Positions 40,687 through 52,512 of a DNA stretch of 64,000 nucleotides are shown piece after piece. The stretch comes from Octopus sinensis (Eukaryota): the NCBI RefSeq assembly GCF_006345805.1, contig NC_043002.1:85994001-86058000 (forward strand), written 5' to 3'. The stretch's first letter is position 1. Each line of letters opens with the position of its first letter. The notes under the pieces are model-generated. The model had not been told where the DNA came from. It ran no database searches and was given only the letters and a program-made list of their open reading frames with translations. Both the position numbers and the translations under genes were made by a program.

Positions 40687-41010
40687 TCTTATATATATAT
40701 ATATATAAAACTGAGAATGTATGTCTGTCTATCTGTGTGTATGTGTGCATCACTAAAACTCAAGAATTACTCAACCGATTTCATTCAAATTTTATATATG
40801 CATTACTTAGGGTCCATTGAGTGTCATGGGCAAGAAAACTTTTAAACTTCTTACCTAATGCAAGCCCAGAGCGATCTCTTACACTGTTTCAGTATTACGT
40901 GCCAAAAGTGAAAAAATAACATCTCTGTTGTAATGTGATCTAATAGTTTCACTTTTATTTTGTTTCACTTTCAATGGTTTCACTTTGAATACTTTCATTT
41001 CTATTTCACT
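40687..41010 (+). mobile_element. Helitron-like 5' fragment
   Basis: A|TC-(TA)n-AAACTG..TGTCTGT start similar to the 44781-45172 element. A related fragment lies at ~37449-37640. No 3' CTAG end found. Confidence 0.45.
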
Positions 41011-41047
41011 ATGTATGTATATACATGTTTGTATATATGTATATATG

Positions 41048-41165
41048 TGGGTTCAGTCCCACTGCGTGGAACCTTGGGCAAGTGTCTTCTACTATAGCCT
41101 TGGGCCAATTAAAGCCTTGTGATTGGATTTGGTAGACGGAAACTGAAAAAAGCCCGTTGATTATG

Positions 41166-41196
<31 letters not shown>

Positions 41197-41365
41197 TTGT
41201 ATGTTGGTGTGTTTGTCTCTGTAACTTAGTGTTTCAGTAAAAAGACCAATAGAATAAGTACTAGGCTTACAAAGAATAAGTCCTGGGGTCGATTTGTTCG
41301 ACAAAAAAGGTGATGCTCCAGCATGGCCACAGTCAGATGACTGAAACAAGTAAAAGAATAAAAGA
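41048..41365 (+). mobile_element. 5'-truncated OR-like SINE
   Basis: Similar to the 25037 copy. Confidence 0.8.
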
Positions 41366-41399
41366 ATATGTATGTATATATATAAGTTGAGTAGTCCTT

Positions 41400-42770
41400 T
41401 TCTGGATGGAACCTAAGATGTCTCTCTGTGCAACAGCAGCTGTACCAGATGTGAAAGCAATACACCATTGAGGGCTTCATTTAGGTTTTGTAGATTGACT
41501 GCAGTTTGGAAGGTAGAAAAAACTTGTGTGATGTGCAATGAATGAATCGATCTTTTATGGTTTGGATGATGGGCTTGTAAGCATTGTGGTGCTGAGTAAG
41601 AGCCGCCCATAACTACATTATCCAAGGAACTTCCATTTCTAAGATGGTAGGACATAATTCAGGCCAAACTTAGCAACTGTTTCTAGCAAGTCAGTGTCCA
41701 CATTGAGGCTCTCTAATTGGTTCATAGATAGGTAAAGTGATTGTATCTTAGTGTTGTGATTCCACTATAGTGTGATTTACTATGTTTCTGTTCATAGAAA
41801 CAGTGTACATTTGATAAAAGGTGCCTAGATTGAATGTGGATGACTCCTTAATGATGCATAAATAATGGGGTTATCTGCATAGAAGTGTATGTAGTTAGCA
41901 ATAATAGTATATAGATAATTAATCTATAGAAAGAAGAGTGTAAGAGACCGAATGAACTCTACGTGTACACCAGAGTTGATAACATGTTGATTAGAGAGAG
42001 CCTTGTCTATGAACACAGCAATGAAGTCTGACAGACGCCTCCAATCCAGGAGATAACAGATGGATTCCATGGACTTGCAGCTTAGCAATAAATTTATGCT
42101 AATAATAGTCAAAGGCTTTGCATCAATTTTAATTTCATCAATGTTCTCAAAATGAGAGACCACTAATGTGTGATACGAGAAGGTCTCTGATAGACCTGAT
42201 TCTATAGAAACTGTCCTAACAGACAGTAAGGAGGAGAAATTGAAAGTGATAAAAGAGATGATTATTTTCCAGCACCTTTCCAGACCCCCTTCGGTCATGA
42301 CACTGACCATGGGATTGCACCTAGAAAGTTACCCTCCCAAGCACAAGTCTGGGCAAGGTGGTTTATGGAAGACCAGCAGTTGCCCATGCATACCGGCCTC
42401 CCCTCTCCACGCCACCAGTGTTATCGAAGGGAAAGGCAGCAGCCGATACAGCTTGGCACCTGTGACGTCGCAACTCATTTCTACAGCTGAGTTAACTGGA
42501 GCAACGTGAAATAAAGTGTCTTGCTCAAGAACACAACATGCAGCCCAGTCCGGGATTTGAGCTCACAACCTCACGATCGTAAGCTCGACACTCTAACCAC
42601 TGAGCCATGCGCCTTCAAGATATTGGAAAACAGAGCAGTAAATCAGTAGCTAGGGTGGATCAGAGAGGTTGTCCTTCTTGGGAATGGAACATATTGTCAT
42701 TTATGTCAGGGAGAAGGATGTTGAAGAGATTTGGTGAAGATAAAAGATAGTTATACAACAGGCATGACAG
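41400..42770 (-). mobile_element. highly degraded CR1/L2-group LINE RT remnant interrupted by a SINE
   Basis: Frameshifted remnants KAFD..KL...GI and LSDFIAVFIDKALSNQHVINSGV resembling RT motifs. Confidence 0.45.
42262..42617 (-). mobile_element. tRNA-derived SINE with RTE-related tail
   Basis: Head TGAAGGCGCATGGCTCAGTGGTTAGAG..., shared central domain, tail similar to 36250-36370. Confidence 0.8.
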
Positions 42771-42879
42771 AAGTAAATAGACACACCATAAAACGTTGTT
42801 TTATGCTTATTCTAACTTAGGTTTACAGTTTGTATTAATTGACATTTTTATGCTTCAGCTTCTATATGTGACTTTAATC

Positions 42880-43815
42880 ATGCCATGTACAAAAGAAACC
42901 TTGGACCTATTTGAATTTCAAACAGGCTACATTGTGGGTTTTCTGCAGGTGGACATAATCAATGTAAAATTGCAGAAAACCTTGGGATCCCATTTGCTAC
43001 AGTTAATAGAGTGATTGTGCAATTCACCAGAGAGGGGAAGGAGTCCACATCGCTTCATGCAGATCAACTAGGGCCCTCTGACAGGACCCTTCTCTTTGTT
43101 AAGAGAAGTGTGGAGGATAATCTTTGTTGCAAGGCCTCTGACATAGCAGAACAAGTTGATGTCAGTCCCAGAACAGCTGTTAGGTATCTCCACAAACTTA
43201 GTTACTATGGCAGAGCAGCAAGAAGGAAGCCATTTCTTTGACCAAATGGAGAAAAAATTGAGCCTGTAAGATGGTGGAGAAGCCACTAGCATTTTGGGAC
43301 ACTGTCATATTCTCTGTTGAGTCCAGATTTGCTGTATTTCTTGACAGTAGTCGAGTGTAGGTCTGGAGACTCTGTGATTAAGAATTTGATGTGCAAAGAT
43401 TGCAGCCAATAATGAAACATGGTCTGAGGAGCAATTTGAAGCAATAGTTGATCAGAGCTGATGGAGTGTGAGAGGAACATAAACTCAGATAAATACATAT
43501 CCATATTGGAGAAAGGACTCCTTCCAACCTTTTCCTGTGGTGAAATGATTAAAGAAGACTCTTTATTTATGGAAGATGGGGCTCCTTGTCACACAGGTAA
43601 AAGACCCAAGATTTGTTGGGTGAGAATGGCATTAAAAAGCTTCCATGGCCAAACCAGTCACCAGATATGGACCCTATTGAACTCTTCTGGGACATAATGG
43701 ACAAGACACTTCATAAAAAGAACAAGAAAGCATCTTCAAAGCTAGATCTTTTGAGATTACTGCATGAAACTTGGCAAGAAATTCCACAAGAGAATATTCA
43801 TCATCTGATCATGCC
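42880..43815 (+). pseudogene. Tc1-family transposase remnant
   Basis: Frameshifted pieces [13 protein letters not shown]...ARRKPFL, WDTVIFSVESRF, FMEDGAPCHT and WPNQSPDMDPIELFW (DD34E-type motifs). Confidence 0.9.
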
Positions 43816-44032
43816 TAACAGCAGGATTTGAACTCAAAACATAAAAGGATTTAACTAATGACCATGCCGCATATTGTTTGTTGCCCAACCAATTCTGCCA
43901 TTCTAGCTTCATTACAGAAATTATCAACAATAAACACTTAGTTTCTATATTGGTGTCAACACATATCTAACTTGTGTAGCTAAAAAAACAAAAACAAAAC
44001 AGATAAGCCACTGAATAAATACATATACTTAC

Positions 44033-44141
44033 CAGGGTAGGAATGTCGTTTAAATGGAGAATTTTGGCGATGATGCAGACTTCTATTTATATTAGTTGTT
44101 GAGTGCACGTTATTGTTGTTGTTGCTGTTTTCAGAATGTAC
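44033..44141 (-). CDS. ESPN: espin/forked-like gene, linker exon
   Basis: Acceptor ttttaatctttag, consensus donor CTG|GTAAGT, 109 nt, phase 0/1. VHSENSNNNNNVHSTTNINRSLHHRQNSPFKRHSYP. Phases fit both neighbouring exons. Confidence 0.7.
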
Positions 44142-44780
44142 CTAAAGATTAAAATCAAAAATAAATTTTCTTCTCAACTGGAGTAAATAGTTTTATGACT
44201 TTAAAGGTCACATTAGTAAATGGAATGAAACAGGCAAAAAGACAGAAGTTTCTCATCATTAATATCATTAATGTTATATGTTAGCTAATTATCAGTAGCA
44301 TAACTTAAGATGAAATTAAAGAAAAAAACAAAATAAACAATATGCAATCAATATTAGTGTGAAGTATTAACTCTTGGAAGCAAGTAGAAAATTCTATAAT
44401 CAATTTTCATCATGAAAGAGAAAAGAGTTTTAGTCATTACTTCAATCATTTAGTTAAATGGGGGAGGTTTAATACACTTTATGTAGTAAGCCCATACATT
44501 TTTTAACCAACTAAAATTATGCTGGCAATGAAAAGAAATATCATAGGTGTTAATTATAATCCTTGACAAAAAAGGCAAGGGAAACAACTCTGAAATCTAA
44601 ATTAATTAAAGATTGTATAGGGGTATGGATGATACAGTATACAGGGGAAAATGAGTCTGATCATTTGGATCAATTTTTATATATATTAAAGAATGTTATT
44701 GTACTAACAAACTGATTTTAATGAGTTAAGTGAATTTTCTAATATGATGTAAACGTCAATATTGACAAATATATGTATAA

Positions 44781-45172
44781 CTAGCAGTATCGCCCGGTGT
44801 TGCTTGGGTTTGTTTCAACCCTTTAGAATTGGAATTTTTGAAAAGTAAAAATTTTGCATTATGTAGCTTGTTATTCTCTTTAAGTGAATATTTTTCTTGT
44901 TGAAATACACCGAAAAATGGCGATACAGCAGCAAAAAAATCGTAAAAAATAGGGATTTTCATAAAAAAGAAGCACCTTTATGATGTAAATAATTTTTGGT
45001 CTTAACATGGTCCGATTTGAATTTCATCTTCTACAGAATGAAGAGCAAGCCTTCTTCTATCATACTCTCAATTTTGGTCAACTTGCACCACAGGGTCTCG
45101 AAGAAGATAGTGTTAGTTGAAGGCTACCAAACCTGCCACACACAGACAACTTCAGCTTTATATATATATAGA
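44781..45172 (-). mobile_element. non-autonomous Helitron
   Basis: A|TC start at 45172, subterminal hairpin CCCAAGCAACACCGGG, CTAG|T end at 44781, no TSD. Confidence 0.8.
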
Positions 45173-45805
45173 TTTGCAATAGATTTGTGATTTAAATAGT
45201 CCTGATCGAAATATCTGCTCATCTTAATTCAGTACTAACAACATAATAATCCAAAAGATGAACTCATATGGACTAATACAATATGGATTTAATGAGAAAA
45301 CAACATATATTTCCAAAGTAATTAAACTAATACATACAACAAGACCGCACCCATTACATAATGAAGACCACTTTTTTGTCATTAACTAATGAAATAATAA
45401 TAAATGTAGTCAAATGAAATATGTAAGTCAATCTATAACAATGAAGATTAAAATTATATTGGTTATCATGACAATAAAAGAAGGAAGTAACCTTAAATTA
45501 AGAGATAAGAATCGTCAATTGATTAGCTATCTTTTCAACTGAACAATATAAAAAAATTCATTTATTTGATTACCTATATCTTAGGGTGGTGAGCTGGCAG
45601 AAACTTTAGCATGCCGGGCGAAATGCTTAGCAGTATTTCGTCTGTCTTTATGTTCTGAGTTAAAATTCTACCAAGGTCGACTTTACCTTTCATCCTTTTG
45701 GAGTCGATAAATTAAGTACCAGTTGCATACTGGAGTTGATCTAAGCGACTGGCCCCCTCCCCCGAAATTTCAGGCATTGTGCCTAGAGTAAAAAAGATTA
45801 TCTAT

Positions 45806-46317
45806 TGTAGTAAAGATTGTTTGCCAACATGACATTGCAGTCCTGGTTTAAGATGAATGTTTCTGTAATTTAGCCCCAGGAGACATTATCTCCAGCTGGC
45901 TATACAACACGATCTGTGTCCTTATATTTTCAAACAAGGGAATCTAGCATCCCCACTCTGGGGAAAAATTTGGACTGGTATTTGAAGAAGATATAGATAA
46001 TCTCACTATTTCTAAATCTCACAACATGAGATATTGAGCAACAGTGCTGTGTAGTAAAGATTGTTTGCCAACATGACATGGCAGTCATGCTAGATTCCCT
46101 TGTTTGAAAATATAAGGACACAGATCGTGTTGTATAGCCAGCTGGAGACGATGTCTCCTGGGGCTAAATTACAGAAACATTCATCCTAAAACAAGACTGC
46201 CATGTCATGTTGGCAAACAATCTTTACTACACAGCACTGTTGCTCAATATCTCACATTGTGAGATTTAGAAATAGTGAGATTATCTATATCTTCTTCAAA
46301 TACCAGTCCAAATTTTT
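45806..46317. repeat. 244-bp structured unit: partial tandem plus inverted permuted copy
   Basis: 45806-45842 is repeated at 46050-46086. 46087-46317 is the reverse complement of the unit. Confidence 0.9.
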
Positions 46318-47382
46318 GCTTTGTAATAGAAGGGCAGAGTTAAATGATTTGATCTTATTATATCATGTATTTTCCATACATAATTTACATTCATTTTGCC
46401 ATCATGCTAGCAAATTTAAATGCTCTTACTCCATGATGGCGTTCCCAAAACTAATCCTTTAAAATATAATAAGCAGTGACCCTGTTGTCAGTCAAGTACA
46501 TTGAGAAAAACTGAGTTATGTAAATAGAATTGGGAAATAATGTAATGAGTTGTGGATCTAAGTGACAATAAGGTGACAAAGTAGTTACAACAAATGAGCT
46601 GAAGTGGGAATCATTTGCAGAAAACCGAAGGAAATAATTACAACTGTACAAGTAGTAGAGATGATAAAGAGAATTTCCAGGCCAATTGTAGATCAGCTGT
46701 AAACTATTGGTTTGAAATTTTGGCCCAAGGCCATCAATTTTGGGATGGGGATAAGTTGATTACAGCAACACCAGTCTCGACTGGTACCTATTTCATCAAT
46801 CCCAAAATGGATGAAAGGCTAAGTCAGCCTTGGTGGGATTTGAACTTAGAATGTAAAGATGGATGAAATACCAGTAAACATTTTGCCCAGTGAGCTAATG
46901 GTTCTGCCAGCTATGAAATATTTGTGAATGAATGTCAGTGCATCAAGTTGTGTGTGTTAGAGGGAGAGAGCAGGAGTGAGAGAGCGATGGGAAGACAATC
47001 CAGGCTGTGTAAGTAGTCATGGGTCAGTCATGAGCCTTTGAAATCATAAGGTTACACCTTATTCTGGTTTCCAAGTTATATAAGTGACCAAGAGTACAAT
47101 ACACCCTATTGAATGAGATACCAGTCCGTTATATGGTTAATTTCCTGCTGTTGCAGGTACTCATTTTCAGCTCAGTGGACTGGAACAGTGTGAAATAAAG
47201 TATTTTGCTCAAGGAAACAATGTATAGAGAGTCTGCATTTCCTCAGGTTTGAATAATGTCTGACAGCCCTGTTGCCCTGGAAATTTAGACAGATTTTGAC
47301 AGTTTTAAGTGAGTATGCATAAACCTTCAAAATTTTCAAAGCTAAACAACAACATGCAATGAGTATAATTTCACTTCAAAGT

Positions 47383-47760
47383 CCAGTCCTTGTTGCAGCG
47401 AGGTAACTCATACACTCCAATGACCCTGAGAGTTATGCTAATGAAGTGCAAGCTCCTGTTAGGGCCTCCTATGCAGGTCAAGTTAAAGGATAGAGGCCAA
47501 TATGAACTAATATGGTTTACCTCTTCCTAACTGTAAAAGTAGGTATGCCTAGGGTCAACACAACTATCTAGTGAAAAAGCAAAATTACAGAAGCATAGAT
47601 GATAATTGAAAAAGATTTTTCTCAGGGAAGGCACGATACTGAGGCAGTGATGAAAAAGCAAGGGTCCAACTGGAGAGGAGCAGAAAAGACAGCCCAGAAT
47701 TGAGAACAGTGGAGAAAAGTCATTGAAGTCCTATGTTCAATAAGGAATGAAGGGATTGAG
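47383..47760 (+). mobile_element. internally deleted (bipartite) RTE element
   Basis: RTE-like 5' UTR (aatgaccctgagagttatgc...gctcctgttagggcctcc) joined to an RTE ORF end (EAVMKKQGSNWRGAEKTAQN*EQWRKVIEVLCS). Confidence 0.55.
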
Positions 47761-48199
47761 CATAATTAGACTAAAAATTTATTTGGAAAGAAATCCTATA
47801 GAAATTTAGATATTTAGTTCAATATCTCATTATTTAGTTCAATCTCAAAAGCATATGATAAATGCACAAACCAAAGGAAAACAGACGCAGAAAGCTGCCA
47901 AATCCTAATCAGTTATTGGCCAGTGGATCAAACGCAATCTTGCACCTTCAAAAATAATATAGATCCCCTCTGGTGTCACCAGCAGCAAGAAACTGCTGTG
48001 AAATGGTAAGCCAACAAACGGGATTAAACATAAAAGAAAGTGAACAAACAAAAAAATAAACAAATATGCAATACAGAAAGTGAACATACAAACATGAAAT
48101 AAATGTGATTCAAGAGAAGATCATCAGTGGATGGACAAAGGACAAAGACAAAAACAAACAAGATGGTACTGAGTTAGTTATGGGACTTAAAGGAATGCA

Positions 48200-48603
48200 A
48201 CATAGGAGTGGCTGTGTGGTAAGTAGCTTGCTTACCAACCACATGGTTCCGGGTTCAGTCCCACTGCGTGGCATCTTGGGCAAGTGTCTTCTGCTATAGC
48301 CTCGGGCCGACCAATGCCTTGTGACTGGATTTGGTAGACGGAAACTGAAAGAAGCCTGTCATATATATGTATATATATATGTATGTGTGTATATGTTTGT
48401 GTGTCTGTGTTTGTCTCCCCAACATCGCTTGACAACCGATGCTGGTGTGTTTACGTCCCCATCACTCAGCGGTTCGGCAAAAGAGACCAATAGAATAAGT
48501 ACTAGGATTACAAAGAATAAGTCCTGGGGTTGATTTGCTCGACTAAAGGCGGTGCTCCAGCATGGCCGCAGTCAAATAACTGAAGCAAGTAAAAGAGTCA
48601 AGA
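48200..48603 (+). mobile_element. full-length OR-like tRNA-derived SINE
   Basis: Near-identical to 25037-25426. Confidence 0.85.
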
Positions 48604-49937
48604 GATTTACATATAAAGAACCTCTACATAGTTTCCATTTCTCAAGTTCCAATTAGAAAGTATTGATCAACCCAAGGCTACAAGTAAAGACACTAGTCAA
48701 AGATGATGTGCTGTGCAGTAGAATCAAATTCAAAACTAGATGGTTTCTAAGCAAACTTCTTAACCACACAGCTATACCTGCATCTTTACACATATTTTCA
48801 TTATAAACAGTAAAAAACCCAATTTTATTTTGAAATATTTAATGATTTTATCAATTATCATGAATTTAATAACTAATGGCAAATATAAGCAGCATGCTAT
48901 CAACAAACAGACTTGTTATGACAGTAAGGTTTTTTTTTTATATAATCTCATTATATTTGATTTTAACTGACAGTTTAAATATTTTAAACATGTGCACAAA
49001 TATTTTGTTCTTTCTTGTTCAACTATATTGGTGAATTTGTTATTTTAGTGAAACCAAAATTAAAAGGTTTTCATGGTTTTTTTGTATTTTTTCCTATATA
49101 AATATTTCAAAATGATGTTATAGCTCATTTGCTAAAATCCTCTACACTTTTAACATTCAGCTTAAAGTGTCAAATTTAGTTTTAAAAAACCCCCCAACTT
49201 TTTAAATACAATATTCCAGACATTTCTGTTTATAACTAGTTTTGCAATTCTGTTTCTTTGATTCTTTTAAATGCTTCATTTACTCAACTGTAGCTATGCC
49301 GAGGCTCTGCCTTGAAGGGTTTAGTTGATTAATCTGACCTTAGTGCTTATTTTAAGCCTAATGCTTATATTGGTCTCTTTGTGCTAAGCCACTCAGTTAC
49401 AAGAATGTAAACAAACTAACACCAGCTGTCAATCAATTTGGGACAAACACAACTATTACATACAGACACACATGTATTAGCCTGGAGGTATAGTAGAAGA
49501 GACTCATCCAAGATGCTGTGCATTAGGACTGAACCCAAAGCCATTCAGTTGCCAAGTGAACTTCCAACCATACAGCCATACCAACACAATTTTTTTTAAC
49601 TTACTGGCTTTGGAGGAAGAACCAGTGCCATGGCTTACACAAGCCCTTAACGTCTGGTAAGACTTATCTCGAATAAATCTCTTTGGAGCTGTTTAGATTT
49701 TAAGGATGGATAACAGTGTAAACCTTAAAGACCACATAATCCTGTGAGGAACAGAAATCCCTAGGAACAATGCCACACAAATCGTATAATTAATGGGATT
49801 TGAGGCACATTCATCATAGAGTTTGACAGAAGTTGAATACAGAAAGTTGATATTAAATTATGTGATGAATTCAGTCAAGTGACCTACTGTCTTGGCTACT
49901 TGATCTACCCTATATAACTACTAAATACTGACCTAAC

Positions 49938-50357
49938 TTTTTACCTGTGTTTCAGTCATATGACGGTGTCCATGCTGGAGCACCACCTTGAAGGATTTTT
50001 TGTTGAACAAATCTTAGTTTTTAAACCTGGTACTTATTCTAAAGGCCTCTTTTGCCAAACTGCTATGTTATGGGGATGTAAACACACCAACACTGGTTGT
50101 CAAGCAGTGATTGGGGGACAAATACAGACACAGAGACACATACACATAAATATATACACACACACACACACATATATATATATAGATAGATAGATATGTA
50201 TACACTGGGTTTCTTTCAGTTTCCGTCTACCAAATCCACTCACAAGACTTTGGTTGGCCTGAGGATATAGTGGAAGACATTTGTCCAAGGTGTCACACAG
50301 TGTGACTGAATGTGGAACCATGTGGTTGAGAAGCAACCTTCATATCACACAGCCACA
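49938..50357 (-). mobile_element. OR-like SINE
   Basis: Reverse-complement similarity to the 48200 copy. An older copy lies at ~49255-49580. Confidence 0.75.
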
Positions 50358-51623
50358 CCACGTCTGCACCTTATTTTTATCAACTCCAAAAGGATCATCA
50401 TCATTTAACGTCTGTTGTCCATGCTGGCATGGGTTGGACAGTTTGACTGGGCTGGCATGCTGGAAGGCTGTGCCAGGATCCAATCTGATTTAGCATGGTT
50501 TTCTATGGCTGGATGTCCTTCCTAATGTCAACCATTCCGAGAGTGTAATGGGCGTTTTTACATGCCATTGGCACGGGTACCATTTGTATGACAGCGGTAT
50601 CTGCCATGACTGCGATTTTGCTTGGCTTGATGGGTTTTCTTCTCAAGCATGACATAATATCAAAGGTCTTGGCCATTGCCTCCTTCAGGCCCAACACTCG
50701 AAAGGAACTCAGCCACTTTGCCTCCATGAGGCCTAAACAAAATTGAACTCAGTGACATTTGAACTTAGAATGCAGAAAGTTGGAACAAAGACCATAATTC
50801 TGTACAATGCACAGATGATTCCACCAATTTTCCACATGAGAGAGGAGACTTGCATACATAAGCAACCACCAGAATTCGATAAAAAAGACTTTGTCCATGC
50901 CTGCACATAGTAAGGTGAAAACTACATAGACAACTCCAACTGAAAGAGCTTCCTCCATCACTGTAACAATACCTGATAACTGGAACAGCTATGGTCTTGA
51001 GATCTGCTAGCATTTATTTAACATAGAGTTTATTTTTAAATATTAACCTGAAGCATCTATAATATTCTTTCCTAACCATTTTATTCATTTCTGCATCAGA
51101 TATCAATAATGTCAACATCACCAGTAAAGGTGAATCACCTCCTCAGATTAATATATTTTTAATCTAGTTCATTGATCCTTAAGTTACACCATGGTCTAAT
51201 TCTTTTATTTCTGTGTCTGTGTATAGTAATATATCATTTGGTTTCTGAGTTGTATTTCCCTTCAAAGTTGCTTTATTATTTCTTTGCTACTAAAGCATGA
51301 AGAAAAGCAAAAAATGAAAAACCACAACAACATTACAATTCAATATAACCAGTCACAAAAACAGATTATGATATAACACGCACACATACACACATCTTTA
51401 TATTTGTGTTCATATCTATCTATCTATCTATCTATCTAAATATATATTGATACACACACAATCACAAAAGACAGAAGAGAGAGAGATAGAGAGAGAAAGA
51501 TTAACACATACATGAATAGTAAATGAATATATGTTAATAAAAATCAATATGCACACAGATGAATAGTGAATGAATATATATGATTGTAAAAATCAATATA
51601 TATGTAGATGTATACACACATAC

Positions 51624-51667
<44 letters not shown>

Positions 51668-51694
51668 GTATGTATATATATATATGTATGTATG

Positions 51695-51737
<43 letters not shown>

Positions 51738-51880
51738 TTCTTAAAATAGAGTTTTCCAAAAAAGAAAAGAAAACAGCTTCAGTAAGGATTGATATATAAA
51801 CATTATACAGGTGGAAAAAAAAGGAAGAAAAAAAAAGAAACAGAGTTCAAAGAAACTGGTGGTGGTCAGTTGTCAATTAC

Positions 51881-51946
51881 CCGGTGAAATTGTTGAGTTT
51901 GAATAAGTTTGTATGTCATGGATAAAAGAGGAAGCCATTCTTTTGT
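51881..51946 (-). CDS. candidate alternative 66-nt exon of the espin-like gene
   Basis: Strong pyrimidine tract tttgttttctttctctcag and donor CGG|GTAATT. Open in two frames: TKEWLPLLSMTYKLIQTQQFHR (phase 0/0) or ATG-started MASSFIHDIQTYSNSTISP (ends phase 1). Confidence 0.4.
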
Positions 51947-52207
51947 CTGAGAGAAAGAAAACAAACAGGAAATATAACAGAAAATATTTCTCTCTTAATC
52001 AGAGAGGTAGTCCTGAAACATCAAAGACTATATCTCAGCTGTAGCTAGTACCTTAATGTCAATAGCCTGTATATTGAATAATGTCAAACACCTGTTACAT
52101 AATGTAGATGGTGTTGTCAGCCCAATTAATCTGCATCATCATCATTTTACATGTTTTTCCATGTTTGCAAGAGCCAGATGAGTACTCCCCCACATCCAAC
52201 ACAGCAT

Positions 52208-52512
52208 GTTGTTGTTCCTTCTCGAGCCATGCCTGGCTCATAAGGGCCGGTTTTCCGGTTTCTTGGTGCATAGGTTCCCCACCTGAGCGGAACACCGGTC
52301 CGTCGCAGGTGAGCTGCAAGATGCAGGAGGAAAGTGTGAGAGAAAGTTGTGGTGAAAGAATCAGCAGAAGTTTCGCCATTACCTTCTGCTGGAGCTGCGT
52401 GGAGCTTAGGTGTTTCGCTAATAAACACACACATCGCCCGGTCTGAGATTTGAACCCACAATCCCTCGACCGTGAGTCCGCTGCTCTAACCACTAGGCCA
52501 TGTGCCTCCACT
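52208..52512 (-). mobile_element. full-length tRNA-derived SINE with 10-bp TSD, inserted in a degraded RTE
   Basis: Same family as 8347-8654. TSD aacacagcat at 52198-52207 and 52513-52522. Confidence 0.9.

Noticed and set aside
46098-46195. Possible UUGAAAA...GAAA hammerhead with a long stem II insert in the 244 unit
   Set aside because: No clean NUH or stem III. The homologous block of the 355 unit reads TTGCAAA and lacks the GAAA.
51185-51290. Possible extra exon (QRNNKATLKG...ELDHG)
   Set aside because: Weak donor, no homology signal, and not needed for phase continuity.
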